From Auanema rhodensis (taxonomy: Eukaryota; Animalia; Nematoda): 64,000 nucleotides of DNA. The stretch is taken from contig OZ059897.1 of the NCBI GenBank assembly GCA_964057225.1, forward strand, positions 21,886,001-21,950,000, in the 5' to 3' direction. The notes beneath the pieces are model-generated. The model was not told the origin of the DNA. It was given only the letters and a program-made list of their open reading frames with translations, and searched no databases. Position 1 is the first letter of the stretch; each line of letters opens with the position of its first letter. Below, piece by piece: positions 52,461 to 64,000 of the stretch. A program made the position numbers and the translations under genes.

Positions 52461-55400
52461 TAGTCTAAAAACAACTTTTTATTGATATTGGTGCATGGTA
52501 ACCATGACTTTGAAATTTACGTGAACTTTAATTTATGCTAATTAAATGTACACGTGATGTGCACTTGGTATGTAACTCGCTTCACGTGAAAGATAAAGAG
52601 ATGCGGTTTTCAAAATAAGATTCCCCATGTCCATATTAGTCTAAAAACAAATTTTTATTGATATTGGTTCATGGTAACCATGACTTTGAAATTTACGTGA
52701 ACTTTAATTTATGCTAATTAAATGTACACGTGATGTGCACTTGGTATGTAACTCGCTTCACGTGAAAGATAAAGAGATGCGGTTTTCAAAATAAGATTCC
52801 CCATGTCCATATTAGTCTAAAAACAAATTTTTATTGATATTGGTTCATGGTAACCATGACTTTGAAATTTACGTGAACTTTAATTTATGCTAATTAAATG
52901 TACACGTGATGTGCACTTGGTATGTAACTCGCTTCACGTGAAAGATAAAGAGATGCGGTTTTCAAAATAAGATTCCCCATGTCCATATTAGTCTAAAAAC
53001 AAATTTTTATTGATATTGGTTCATGGTAACCATGACTTTGAAATTTACGTGAACTTTAATTTATGCTAATTAAATGTACACGTGATGTGCACTTGGTATG
53101 TAACTCGCTTCACGTGAAAGATAAAGAGATGCGGTTTTCAAAATAAGATTCCCCATGTCCATATTAGTCTAAAAACAAATTTTTATTGATATTGGTTCAT
53201 GGTAACCATGACTTTGAAATTTACGTGAACTTTAATTTATGCTAATTAAATGTACACGTGATGTGCACTTGGTATGTAACTCGCTTCACGTGAAAGATAA
53301 AGAGATGCGGTTTTCAAAATAAGATTCCCCATGTCCATATTAGTCTAAAAACAAATTTTTATTGATATTGGTTCATGGTAACCATGACTTTGAAATTTAC
53401 GTGAACTTTAATTTATGCTAATTAAATGTACACGTGATGTGCACTTGGTATGTAACTCGCTTCACGTGAAAGATAAAGAGATGCGGTTTTCAAAATTAGA
53501 TTTCCCATGTCCATATTAGTCTAAAAACAAATTTTTATTGATATTGGTTCATGGTAACCATGACTTTGAAATTTACGTGAACTTTAATTTATGCTAATTA
53601 AATGTACACGTGATGTGCACTTGGTATGTAACTCGCTTCACGTGAAAGATAAAGAGATGCGGTTTTCAAAATTAGATTCCCCATGTCCATATTAGTCTAA
53701 AAACAAATTTTTATTGATATTGGTTCATGGTAACCATGACTTTGAAATTTACGTGAACTTTAATTTATGCTAATTAAATTTACACGTGATGTGCACTTGG
53801 TATGTAACTCGCTTCACGTGAAAGATAAAGAGATGCGGTTTTCAAAATTAGATTCCCCATGTCCATATTAGTCTAAAAACAAATTTTTATTGATATTGGT
53901 TCATGGTAACCATGACTTTGAAATTTACGTGAACTTTAATTTATGCTAATTAAATGTACACGTGATGTGTACTTGGTATGTAACTCGCTTCACGTGAAAG
54001 ATAAAGAGATGCGGTTTTCAAAATTAGATTTCCCATGTCCATATTAGTCTAAAAACAAATTTTTATTGATATTGGTTCATGGTAACCATGACTTTGAAAT
54101 TTACGTGAACTTTAATTTATGCTAATTAATTGTACACGTGATGTGCACTTGGTATGTAACTCGCTTCACGTGAAAGATAAAGAGATGCGGTTTTCAAAAT
54201 TAGATTCCCCATGTCCATATTAGTCTAAAAACAAATTTTTATTGATATTGGTTCATGGTAACCATGACTTTGAAATTTACGTGAACTTTAATTTATGCTA
54301 ATTAAATGTACACGTGATGTGCACTTGGTATGTAACTCGCTTCACGTGAAAGATAAAGAGATGCGGTTTTCAAAATTTGATTCCCCATGTCCATATTAGT
54401 CTAAAAACAAACTTTTATTGATATTGGTTCATGGTAACCATGACTTTGAAATTTACGTGAACTTTAATTTATGCTTATTAAATGTACACGTGATGTGCAC
54501 TTGGTATGTAACTCGCTTCACGTGAAAGATAAAGAGATGCGGTTTTCAAAATTAGATTCCCCATGTCCATATTAGTCTAAAAACAAATTTTTATTGATAT
54601 TGGTTCATGGTAACCATGACTTTGAAATTTACGTGAACTTTAATTTATGCTTATTAATTGTACACGTGATGTGCACTTGGTATGTAACTCGCTTCACGTG
54701 AAAGATAAAGAGATGCGGTTTTCAAAATTAGATTCCCCATGTCCATATTAGTCTAAAAACAAATTTTTATTGATATTGGTTCATGGTAACCATGACTTTG
54801 AAATTTACGTGAACTTTAATTTATGCTAATTAAATGTACACGTGATGTGCACTTGGTATGTAACTCGCTTCACGTAAAAGATAAAGAGATGCGGTTTTCA
54901 AAATTAGATTCCCCATGTCCATATTAGTCTAAAAACAAATTTTTATTGATATTGGTTCATGGTAACCATGACTTTGAAATTTACGTGAACTTTAATTTAT
55001 GCTAATTAAATGTACACGTGATGTGCACTTGGTATGTAACCCGCTTCACGTGAAAGATAAAGAGATGCGATTTTCAAAATTAGTTTCCCCATGTCCATAT
55101 TAGTCTAAAAACAAATTTTTATTGATATTGGTTCATGGTAACCATGACTTTGAAATTTACGTGAACTTTAATTTATGCTAATTAAATGTACACGTGATGT
55201 GCACTTGGTATGTAACTCGCTTCACGTGAAAGATAAAGAGATGCGGTTTTCAAAATTAGATTCCCCATGTCCATATTAGTCTAAAAACAACTTTTTATTG
55301 ATATTGGTGCATGGTAACCATGACTTTGAAATTTACGTGAACTTCAATTTATGCTAATTAAATGTACACGTGATGTGCACTTGGTATGTAACTTGCTTCA

Positions 55401-58400
55401 CGTGAAAGATAAAGAGATGCGGTTTTCAAAATTAGATTCCCCATGTCCATATTAGTCTAAAAACAAATTTTTATTGATATTGGTTCAGGGTAACCATGAC
55501 TTTGAAATTTACGTGAACTTCAATTTATGCTAATTAAATGTACACGTGATGTGCACTTGGTATGTAACTCGCTTCACGTGAAAGATAAAGAGATGCGGTT
55601 TTCAAAATTAGATTCCCCATGTCCATATTAGTCTAAAAACAAATTTTTATTGATATTGGTTCAGGGTAACCATGACTTTGAAATTTACGTGAACTTTAAT
55701 TTATGCTAATTAAATGTACACGTGATGTGCACTTGGTATGTAACTCGCTTCACGTGAAAGATAAAGAGATGCGGTTTTCAAAATTAGATTCCCCATGTCC
55801 ATATTAGTCTAAAAACAACTTTTTATTGATATTGGTGCATGGTAACCATGACTTTGAAATTTACGTGAACTTCAATTTATGCTAATTAAATGTACACGTG
55901 ATGTGCACTTGGTATGTAACTTGCTTCACGTGAAAGATAAAGAGATGCGGTTTTCAAAATTAGATTCCCCATGTCCATATTAGTCTAAAAACAAATTTTT
56001 ATTGATATTGGTTCATGGTAACCATGACTTTGAAATTTACGTGAACTTTAATTTATGCTAATTAATTGTACACGTGATGTGCACTTGGTATGTAACTCGC
56101 TTCACGTGAAAGATAAAGAGATGCGGTTTTCAAAATTAGATTCCCCATGTCCATATTAGTCTAAAAACAAATTTTTATTGATATTGGTTCATGGTAACCA
56201 TGACTTTGAAATTTACGTGAACTTTAATTTATGCTAATTAAATGTACACGTGATGTGCACTTGGTATGTAACTCGCTTCACGTGAAAGATAAAGAGATGC
56301 GGTTTTCAAAATTAGATTCCCCATGTCCATATTAGTCTAAAAACAAATTTTTATTGATATTGGTTCATGGTAACCATGACTTTGAAATTTACGTGAACTT
56401 TAATTTATGCTAATTAAATGTACACGTGATGTGCACTTGGTATGTAACCCGCTTCACGTGAAAGATAAAGAGATGCGATTTTCAAAATTAGTTTCCCCAT
56501 GTCCATATTAGTCTAAAAACAAATTTTTATTGATATTGGTTCATGGTAACCATGACTTTGAAATTTACGTGAACTTTAATTTATGCTAATTAAATGTACA
56601 CGTGATGTGCACTTGGTATGTAACTCGCTTCACGTGAAAGATAAAGAGATGCGGTTTTCAAAATTAGATTCCCCATGTCCATATTAGTCTAAAAACAACT
56701 TTTTATTGATATTGGTGCATGGTAACCATGACTTTGAAATTTACGTGAACTTCAATTTATGCTAATTAAATGTACACGTGATGTGCACTTGGTATGTAAC
56801 TTGCTTCACGTGAAAGATAAAGAGATGCGGTTTTCAAAATTAGATTCCCCATGTCCATATTAGTCTAAAAACAAATTTTTATTGATATTGGTTCAGGGTA
56901 ACCATGACTTTGAAATTTACGTGAACTTCAATTTATGCTAATTAAATGTACACGTGATGTGCACTTGGTATGTAACTCGCTTCACGTGAAAGATAAAGAG
57001 ATGCGGTTTTCAAAATTAGATTCCCCATGTCCATATTAGTCTAAAAACAACTTTTTATTGATATTGGTGCATGGTAACCATGACTTTGAAATTTACGTGA
57101 ACTTTAATTTATGCTAATTAAATGTACACGTGATGTGCACTTGGTATGTAACTCGCTTCACGTGAAAGATAAAGAGATGCGGTTTTCAAAATAAGATTCC
57201 CCATGTCCATATTAGTCTAAAAACAAATTTTTATTGATATTGGTTAATGGTAACCATGACTTTGAAATTTACGTGAACTTTAATTTATGCTAATTAAATG
57301 TACACGTGATGTGCACTTGGTATGTAACTCGCTTCACGTGAAAGATAAAGAGATGCGGTTTTCAAAATTAGATTCCCCATGTCCATATTAGTCTAAAAAC
57401 AAATTTTTATTGATATTGGTTCATGGTAACCATGACTTTGAAATTTACGTGAACTTTAATTTATGCTAATTAAATTTACACGTGATGTGCACTTGGTATG
57501 TAACTCGCTTCACGTGAAAGATAAAGAGATGCGGTTTTCAAAATTAGATTCCCCATGTCCATATTAGTCTAAAAACAAATTTTTATTGATATTGGTTCAT
57601 GGTAACCATGACTTTGAAATTTACGTGAACTTTAATTTATGCTAATTAAATGTACACGTGATGTGTACTTGGTATGTAACTCGCTTCACGTGAAAGATAA
57701 AGAGATGCGGTTTTCAAAATTAGATTTCCCATGTCCATATTAGTCTAAAAACAAATTTTTATTGATATTGGTTCATGGTAACCATGACTTTGAAATTTAC
57801 GTGAACTTTAATTTATGCTAATTAATTGTACACGTGATGTGCACTTGGTATGTAACTCGCTTCACGTGAAAGATAAAGAGATGCGGTTTTCAAAATTAGA
57901 TTCCCCATGTCCATATTAGTCTAAAAACAAATTTTTATTGATATTGGTTCATGGTAACCATGACTTTGAAATTTACGTGAACTTTAATTTATGCTAATTA
58001 AATGTACACGTGATGTGCACTTGGTATGTAACTCGCTTCACGTGAAAGATAAAGAGATGCGGTTTTCAAAATTTGATTCCCCATGTCCATATTAGTCTAA
58101 AAACAAACTTTTATTGATATTGGTTCATGGTAACCATGACTTTGAAATTTACGTGAACTTTAATTTATGCTTATTAAATGTACACGTGATGTGCACTTGG
58201 TATGTAACTCGCTTCACGTGAAAGATAAAGAGATGCGGTTTTCAAAATTAGATTCCCCATGTCCATATTAGTCTAAAAACAAATTTTTATTGATATTGGT
58301 TCATGGTAACCATGACTTTGAAATTTACGTGAACTTTAATTTATGCTAATTAATTGTACACGTGATGTGCACTTGGTATGTAACTCGCTTCACGTGAAAG

Positions 58401-61400
58401 ATAAAGAGATGCGGTTTTCAAAATTAGATTCCCCATGTCCATATTAGTCTAAAAACAAATTTTTATTGATATTGGTTCATGGTAACCATGACTTTGAAAT
58501 TTACGTGAACTTTAATTTATGCTAATTAAATGTACACGTGATGTGCACTTGGTATGTAACTCGCTTCACGTGAAAGATAAAGAGATGCGGTTTTCAAAAT
58601 TAGATTCCCCATGTCCATATTAGTCTAAAAACAAATTTTTATTGATATTGGTTCATGGTAACCATGACTTTGAAATTTACGTGAACTTTAATTTATGCTA
58701 ATTAAATGTACACGTGATGTGCACTTGGTATGTAACCCGCTTCACGTGAAAGATAAAGAGATGCGATTTTCAAAATTAGTTTCCCCATGTCCATATTAGT
58801 CTAAAAACAAATTTTTATTGATATTGGTTCATGGTAACCATGACTTTGAAATTTACGTGAACTTTAATTTATGCTAATTAAATGTACACGTGATGTGCAC
58901 TTGGTATGTAACTCGCTTCACGTGAAAGATAAAGAGATGCGGTTTTCAAAATTAGATTCCCCATGTCCATATTAGTCTAAAAACAACTTTTTATTGATAT
59001 TGGTGCATGGTAACCATGACTTTGAAATTTACGTGAACTTCAATTTATGCTAATTAAATGTACACGTGATGTGCACTTGGTATGTAACTTGCTTCACGTG
59101 AAAGATAAAGAGATGCGGTTTTCAAAATTAGATTCCCCATGTCCATATTAGTCTAAAAACAAATTTTTATTGATATTGGTTCAGGGTAACCATGACTTTG
59201 AAATTTACGTGAACTTCAATTTATGCTAATTAAATGTACACGTGATGTGCACTTGGTATGTAACTCGCTTCACGTGAAAGATAAAGAGATGCGGTTTTCA
59301 AAATTAGATTCCCCATGTCCATATTAGTCTAAAAACAAATTTTTATTGATATTGGTTCATGGTAACCATGACTTTGAAATTTACGTGAACTTTAATTTAT
59401 GCTAATTAAATGTACACGTGATGTGCACTTGGTATGTAACTCGCTTCACGTGAAAGATAAAGAGATGCGGTTTTCAAAATTAGATTCCCCATGTCCATAT
59501 TAGTCTAAAAACAAATTTTTATTGATATTGGTTCATGGTAACCATGACTTTGAAATTTACGTGAACTTTAATTTATGCTAATTAAATTTACACGTGATGT
59601 GCACTTGGTATGTAACTCGCTTCACGTGAAAGATAAAGAGATGCGGTTTTCAAAATTAGATTCCCCATGTCCATATTAGTCTAAAAACAAATTTTTATTG
59701 ATATTGGTTCATGGTAACCATGACTTTGAAATTTACGTGAACTTTAATTTATGCTAATTAAATGTACACGTGATGTGTACTTGGTATGTAACTCGCTTCA
59801 CGTGAAAGATAAAGAGATGCGGTTTTCAAAATTAGATTTCCCATGTCCATATTAGTCTAAAAACAAATTTTTATTGATATTGGTTCATGGTAACCATGAC
59901 TTTGAAATTTACGTGAACTTTAATTTATGCTAATTAATTGTACACGTGATGTGCACTTGGTATGTAACTCGCTTCACGTGAAAGATAAAGAGATGCGGTT
60001 TTCAAAATTAGATTCCCCATGTCCATATTAGTCTAAAAACAAATTTTTATTGATATTGGTTCATGGTAACCATGACTTTGAAATTTACGTGAACTTTAAT
60101 TTATGCTAATTAAATGTACACGTGATGTGCACTTGGTATGTAACTCGCTTCACGTGAAAGATAAAGAGATGCGGTTTTCAAAATTTGATTCCCCATGTCC
60201 ATATTAGTCTAAAAACAAACTTTTATTGATATTGGTTCATGGTAACCATGACTTTGAAATTTACGTGAACTTTAATTTATGCTTATTAAATGTACACGTG
60301 ATGTGCACTTGGTATGTAACTCGCTTCACGTGAAAGATAAAGAGATGCGGTTTTCAAAATTAGATTCCCCATGTCCATATTAGTCTAAAAACAAATTTTT
60401 ATTGATATTGGTTCATGGTAACCATGACTTTGAAATTTACGTGAACTTTAATTTATGCTAATTAATTGTACACGTGATGTGCACTTGGTATGTAACTCGC
60501 TTCACGTGAAAGATAAAGAGATGCGGTTTTCAAAATTAGATTCCCCATGTCCATATTAGTCTAAAAACAAATTTTTATTGATATTGGTTCATGGTAACCA
60601 TGACTTTGAAATTTACGTGAACTTTAATTTATGCTAATTAAATGTACACGTGATGTGCACTTGGTATGTAACTCGCTTCACGTGAAAGATAAAGAGATGC
60701 GGTTTTCAAAATTAGATTCCCCATGTCCATATTAGTCTAAAAACAAATTTTTATTGATATTGGTTCATGGTAACCATGACTTTGAAATTTACGTGAACTT
60801 TAATTTATGCTAATTAAATGTACACGTGATGTGCACTTGGTATGTAACCCGCTTCACGTGAAAGATAAAGAGATGCGATTTTCAAAATTAGTTTCCCCAT
60901 GTCCATATTAGTCTAAAAACAAATTTTTATTGATATTGGTTCATGGTAACCATGACTTTGAAATTTACGTGAACTTTAATTTATGCTAATTAAATGTACA
61001 CGTGATGTGCACTTGGTATGTAACTCGCTTCACGTGAAAGATAAAGAGATGCGGTTTTCAAAATTAGATTCCCCATGTCCATATTAGTCTAAAAACAACT
61101 TTTTATTGATATTGGTGCATGGTAACCATGACTTTGAAATTTACGTGAACTTCAATTTATGCTAATTAAATGTACACGTGATGTGCACTTGGTATGTAAC
61201 TTGCTTCACGTGAAAGATAAAGAGATGCGGTTTTCAAAATTAGATTCCCCATGTCCATATTAGTCTAAAAACAAATTTTTATTGATATTGGTTCAGGGTA
61301 ACCATGACTTTGAAATTTACGTGAACTTCAATTTATGCTAATTAAATGTACACGTGATGTGCACTTGGTATGTAACTCGCTTCACGTGAAAGATAAAGAG

Positions 61401-63900
61401 ATGCGGTTTTCAAAATTAGATTCCCCATGTCCATATTAGTCTAAAAACAACTTTTTATTGATATTGGTGCATGGTAACCATGACTTTGAAATTTACGTGA
61501 ACTTTAATTTATGCTAATTAAATGTACACGTGATGTGCACTTGGTATGTAACTCGCTTCACGTGAAAGATAAAGAGATGCGGTTTTCAAAATAAGATTCC
61601 CCATGTCCATATTAGTCTAAAAACAAATTTTTATTGATATTGGTTAATGGTAACCATGACTTTGAAATTTACGTGAACTTTAATTTATGCTAATTAAATG
61701 TACACGTGATGTGCACTTGGTATGTAACTCGCTTCACGTGAAAGATAAAGAGATGCGGTTTTCAAAATAAGATTCCCCATGTCCATATTAGTCTAAAAAC
61801 AAATTTTTATTGATATTGGTTCATGGTAACCATGACTTTGAAATTTACGTGAACTTTAATTTATGCTAATTAAATGTACACGTGATGTGCACTTGGTATG
61901 TAACTCGCTTCACGTGAAAGATAAAGAGATGCGGTTTTCAAAATAAGATTCCCCATGTCCATATTAGTCTAAAAACAAATTTTTATTGATATTGGTTCAT
62001 GGTAACCATGACTTTGAAATTTACGTGAACTTTAATTTATGCTAATTAAATGTACACGTGATGTGCACTTAATATGTAACTCGCTTCACGTGAAAGATAA
62101 AGAGATGCGGTTTTCAAAATTAGATTCCCCATGTCCATATTAGTCTAAAAACAAATTTTTATTGATATTGGTTCATGGTAACCATGACTTTGAAATTTAC
62201 GTGAACTTTAATTTATGCTAATTAAATGTACACGTGATGTGCACTTGGTATGTAACTCGCTTCACGTGAAAGATAAAGAGATGCGGTTTTCAAAATTAGA
62301 TTCCCCATGTCCATATTAGTCTAAAAACAAATTTTTATTGATATTGGTTCATGGTAACCATGACTTTGAAATTTACGTGAACTTTAATTTATGCTAATTA
62401 AATTTACACGTGATGTGCACTTGGTATGTAACTCGCTTCACGTGAAAGATAAAGAGATGCGGTTTTCAAAATTAGATTCCCCATGTCCATATTAGTCTAA
62501 AAACAAATTTTTATTGATATTGGTTCATGGTAACCATGACTTTGAAATTTACGTGAACTTTAATTTATGCTAATTAAATGTACACGTGATGTGCACTTGG
62601 TATGTAACTCGCTTCACGTGAAAGATAAAGAGATGCGGTTTTCAAAATTAGATTTCCCATGTCCATATTAGTCTAAAAACAAATTTTTATTGATATTGGT
62701 TCATGGTAACCATGACTTTGAAATTTACGTGAACTTTAATTTATGCTAATTAATTGTACACGTGATGTGCACTTGGTATGTAACTCGCTTCACGTGAAAG
62801 ATAAAGAGATGCGGTTTTCAAAATTAGATTCCCCATGTCCATATTAGTCTAAAAACAAATTTTTATTGATATTGGTTCATGGTAACCATGACTTTGAAAT
62901 TTACGTGAACTTTAATTTATGCTAATTAAATGTACACGTGATGTGCACTTGGTATGTAACTCGCTTCACGTGAAAGATAAAGAGATGCGGTTTTCAAAAT
63001 AAGATTCCCCATGTCCATATTAGTCTAAAAACAAATTTTTATTGATATTGGTTCATGGTAACCATGACTTTGAAATTTACGTGAACTTTAATTTATGCTA
63101 ATTAAATGTACACGTGATGTGCACTTAATATGTAACTCGCTTCACGTGAAAGATAAAGAGATGCGGTTTTCAAAATTAGATTCCCCATGTCCATATTAGT
63201 CTAAAAACAAATTTTTATTGATATTGGTTCATGGTAACCATGACTTTGAAATTTACGTGAACTTTAATTTATGCTAATTAAATGTACACGTGATGTGCAC
63301 TTGGTATGTAACTCGCTTCACGTGAAAGATAAAGAGATGCGGTTTTCAAAATTAGATTCCCCATGTCCATATTAGTCTAAAAACAAATTTTTATTGATAT
63401 TGGTTCATGGTAACCATGACTTTGAAATTTACGTGAACTTTAATTTATGCTAATTAAATTTACACGTGATGTGCACTTGGTATGTAACTCGCTTCACGTG
63501 AAAGATAAAGAGATGCGGTTTTCAAAATTAGATTCCCCATGTCCATATTAGTCTAAAAACAAATTTTTATTGATATTGGTTCATGGTAACCATGACTTTG
63601 AAATTTACGTGAACTTTAATTTATGCTAATTAAATGTACACGTGATGTGCACTTGGTATGTAACTCGCTTCACGTGAAAGATAAAGAGATGCGGTTTTCA
63701 AAATTAGATTTCCCATGTCCATATTAGTCTAAAAACAAATTTTTATTGATATTGGTTCATGGTAACCATGACTTTGAAATTTACGTGAACTTTAATTTAT
63801 GCTAATTAAATGTACACGTGATGTGCACTTGGTATGTAACTTGCTTCACGTGAAAGATAAAGAGATGCGGTTTTCAAAATTAGATTCCCCATGTCCATAT
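52461..63900. repeat. Satellite variant domain D (closest to consensus, mostly T33)
   Basis: Marked by A86T (AATTG), G88T (TTTACA), C102T, T117C+G146A+A160T, T36G (CAGGG) and GG107-108AA. Many monomers are pure consensus. Confidence 0.8.
53693..61436 (+). repeat. 11-monomer block present three times (53693, 57389, 59501) plus a partial copy
   Basis: The order G88T / C102T+C163T / A86T / A158T / T16C+A80T / A86T / plain / T117C+G146A+A160T / plain / A15C+T69C+C118T / T36G+T69C recurs. Confidence 0.85.
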
Positions 63901-64000
63901 TAGTCTAAAAACAATTTTTTATTGATATTGGTGCATGGTAACCATGACTTTGAAATTTACGTGAACTTTAATTCATGCTAATTAAATGTACACGTGATGT

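Larger units (their letters stand above)
1..64000. repeat. Tandem satellite DNA array with a 176-bp monomer (about 363.6 copies), candidate centromeric or pericentromeric satellite, family not identified
   Basis: TAGTCTAAAAAC recurs at 1, 177, 353 ... 2641, 5281, 7921 (period 176) and continues to 63901. Twelve +1-bp monomers explain the cumulative phase shift. Monomer GC is 56/176. Single orientation and no foreign sequence. The array runs off both window ends. Confidence 0.99.

Noticed and set aside
1-64000. CRISPR-like array suggested by palindromic repeats
   Set aside because: There are no unique spacers, the entire 176-bp unit is repeated, and there are no cas genes or leader.

Overview
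The whole 64-kb window is one uninterrupted head-to-tail tandem array of an AT-rich satellite (about 32% GC) with a 176-bp monomer. It holds 363 complete monomers (1-63900) plus a 100-bp partial copy, all in one orientation. I found no genes, RNA genes, transposon insertions or CRISPR spacers. Consensus monomer: TAGTCTAAAAACAAATTTTTATTGATATTGGT(T/G)CATGGTAACCATGACTTTGAAATTTACGTGAACTTTAATTTATGCTAATTAAATGTACACGTGATGTGCACTTGGTATGTAACTCGCTTCACGTGAAAGATAAAGAGATGCGGTTTTCAAAATTAGATTCCCCATGTCCATAT. Monomers typically differ from this consensus at 0-4 positions. Exactly twelve are 177 bp, which accounts for the phase at the window end (63901 = 1 + 363x176 + 12). The structure lies in the variants: four sequence domains, local 6-13-monomer higher-order duplications, a 13.7-kb-offset block duplication, in-register chimeric monomers, and one deletion scar with a templated insertion at 8219-8242. 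The monomer is dense in dyad symmetries and carries three regularly spaced ACGTG cores. Its size and homogeneity suit a eukaryotic centromeric or heterochromatic satellite, but I cannot name the family or organism, and centromere function is inference only. Variants were called by eye and are numbered by monomer position (p1 = first T of TAGTCT).
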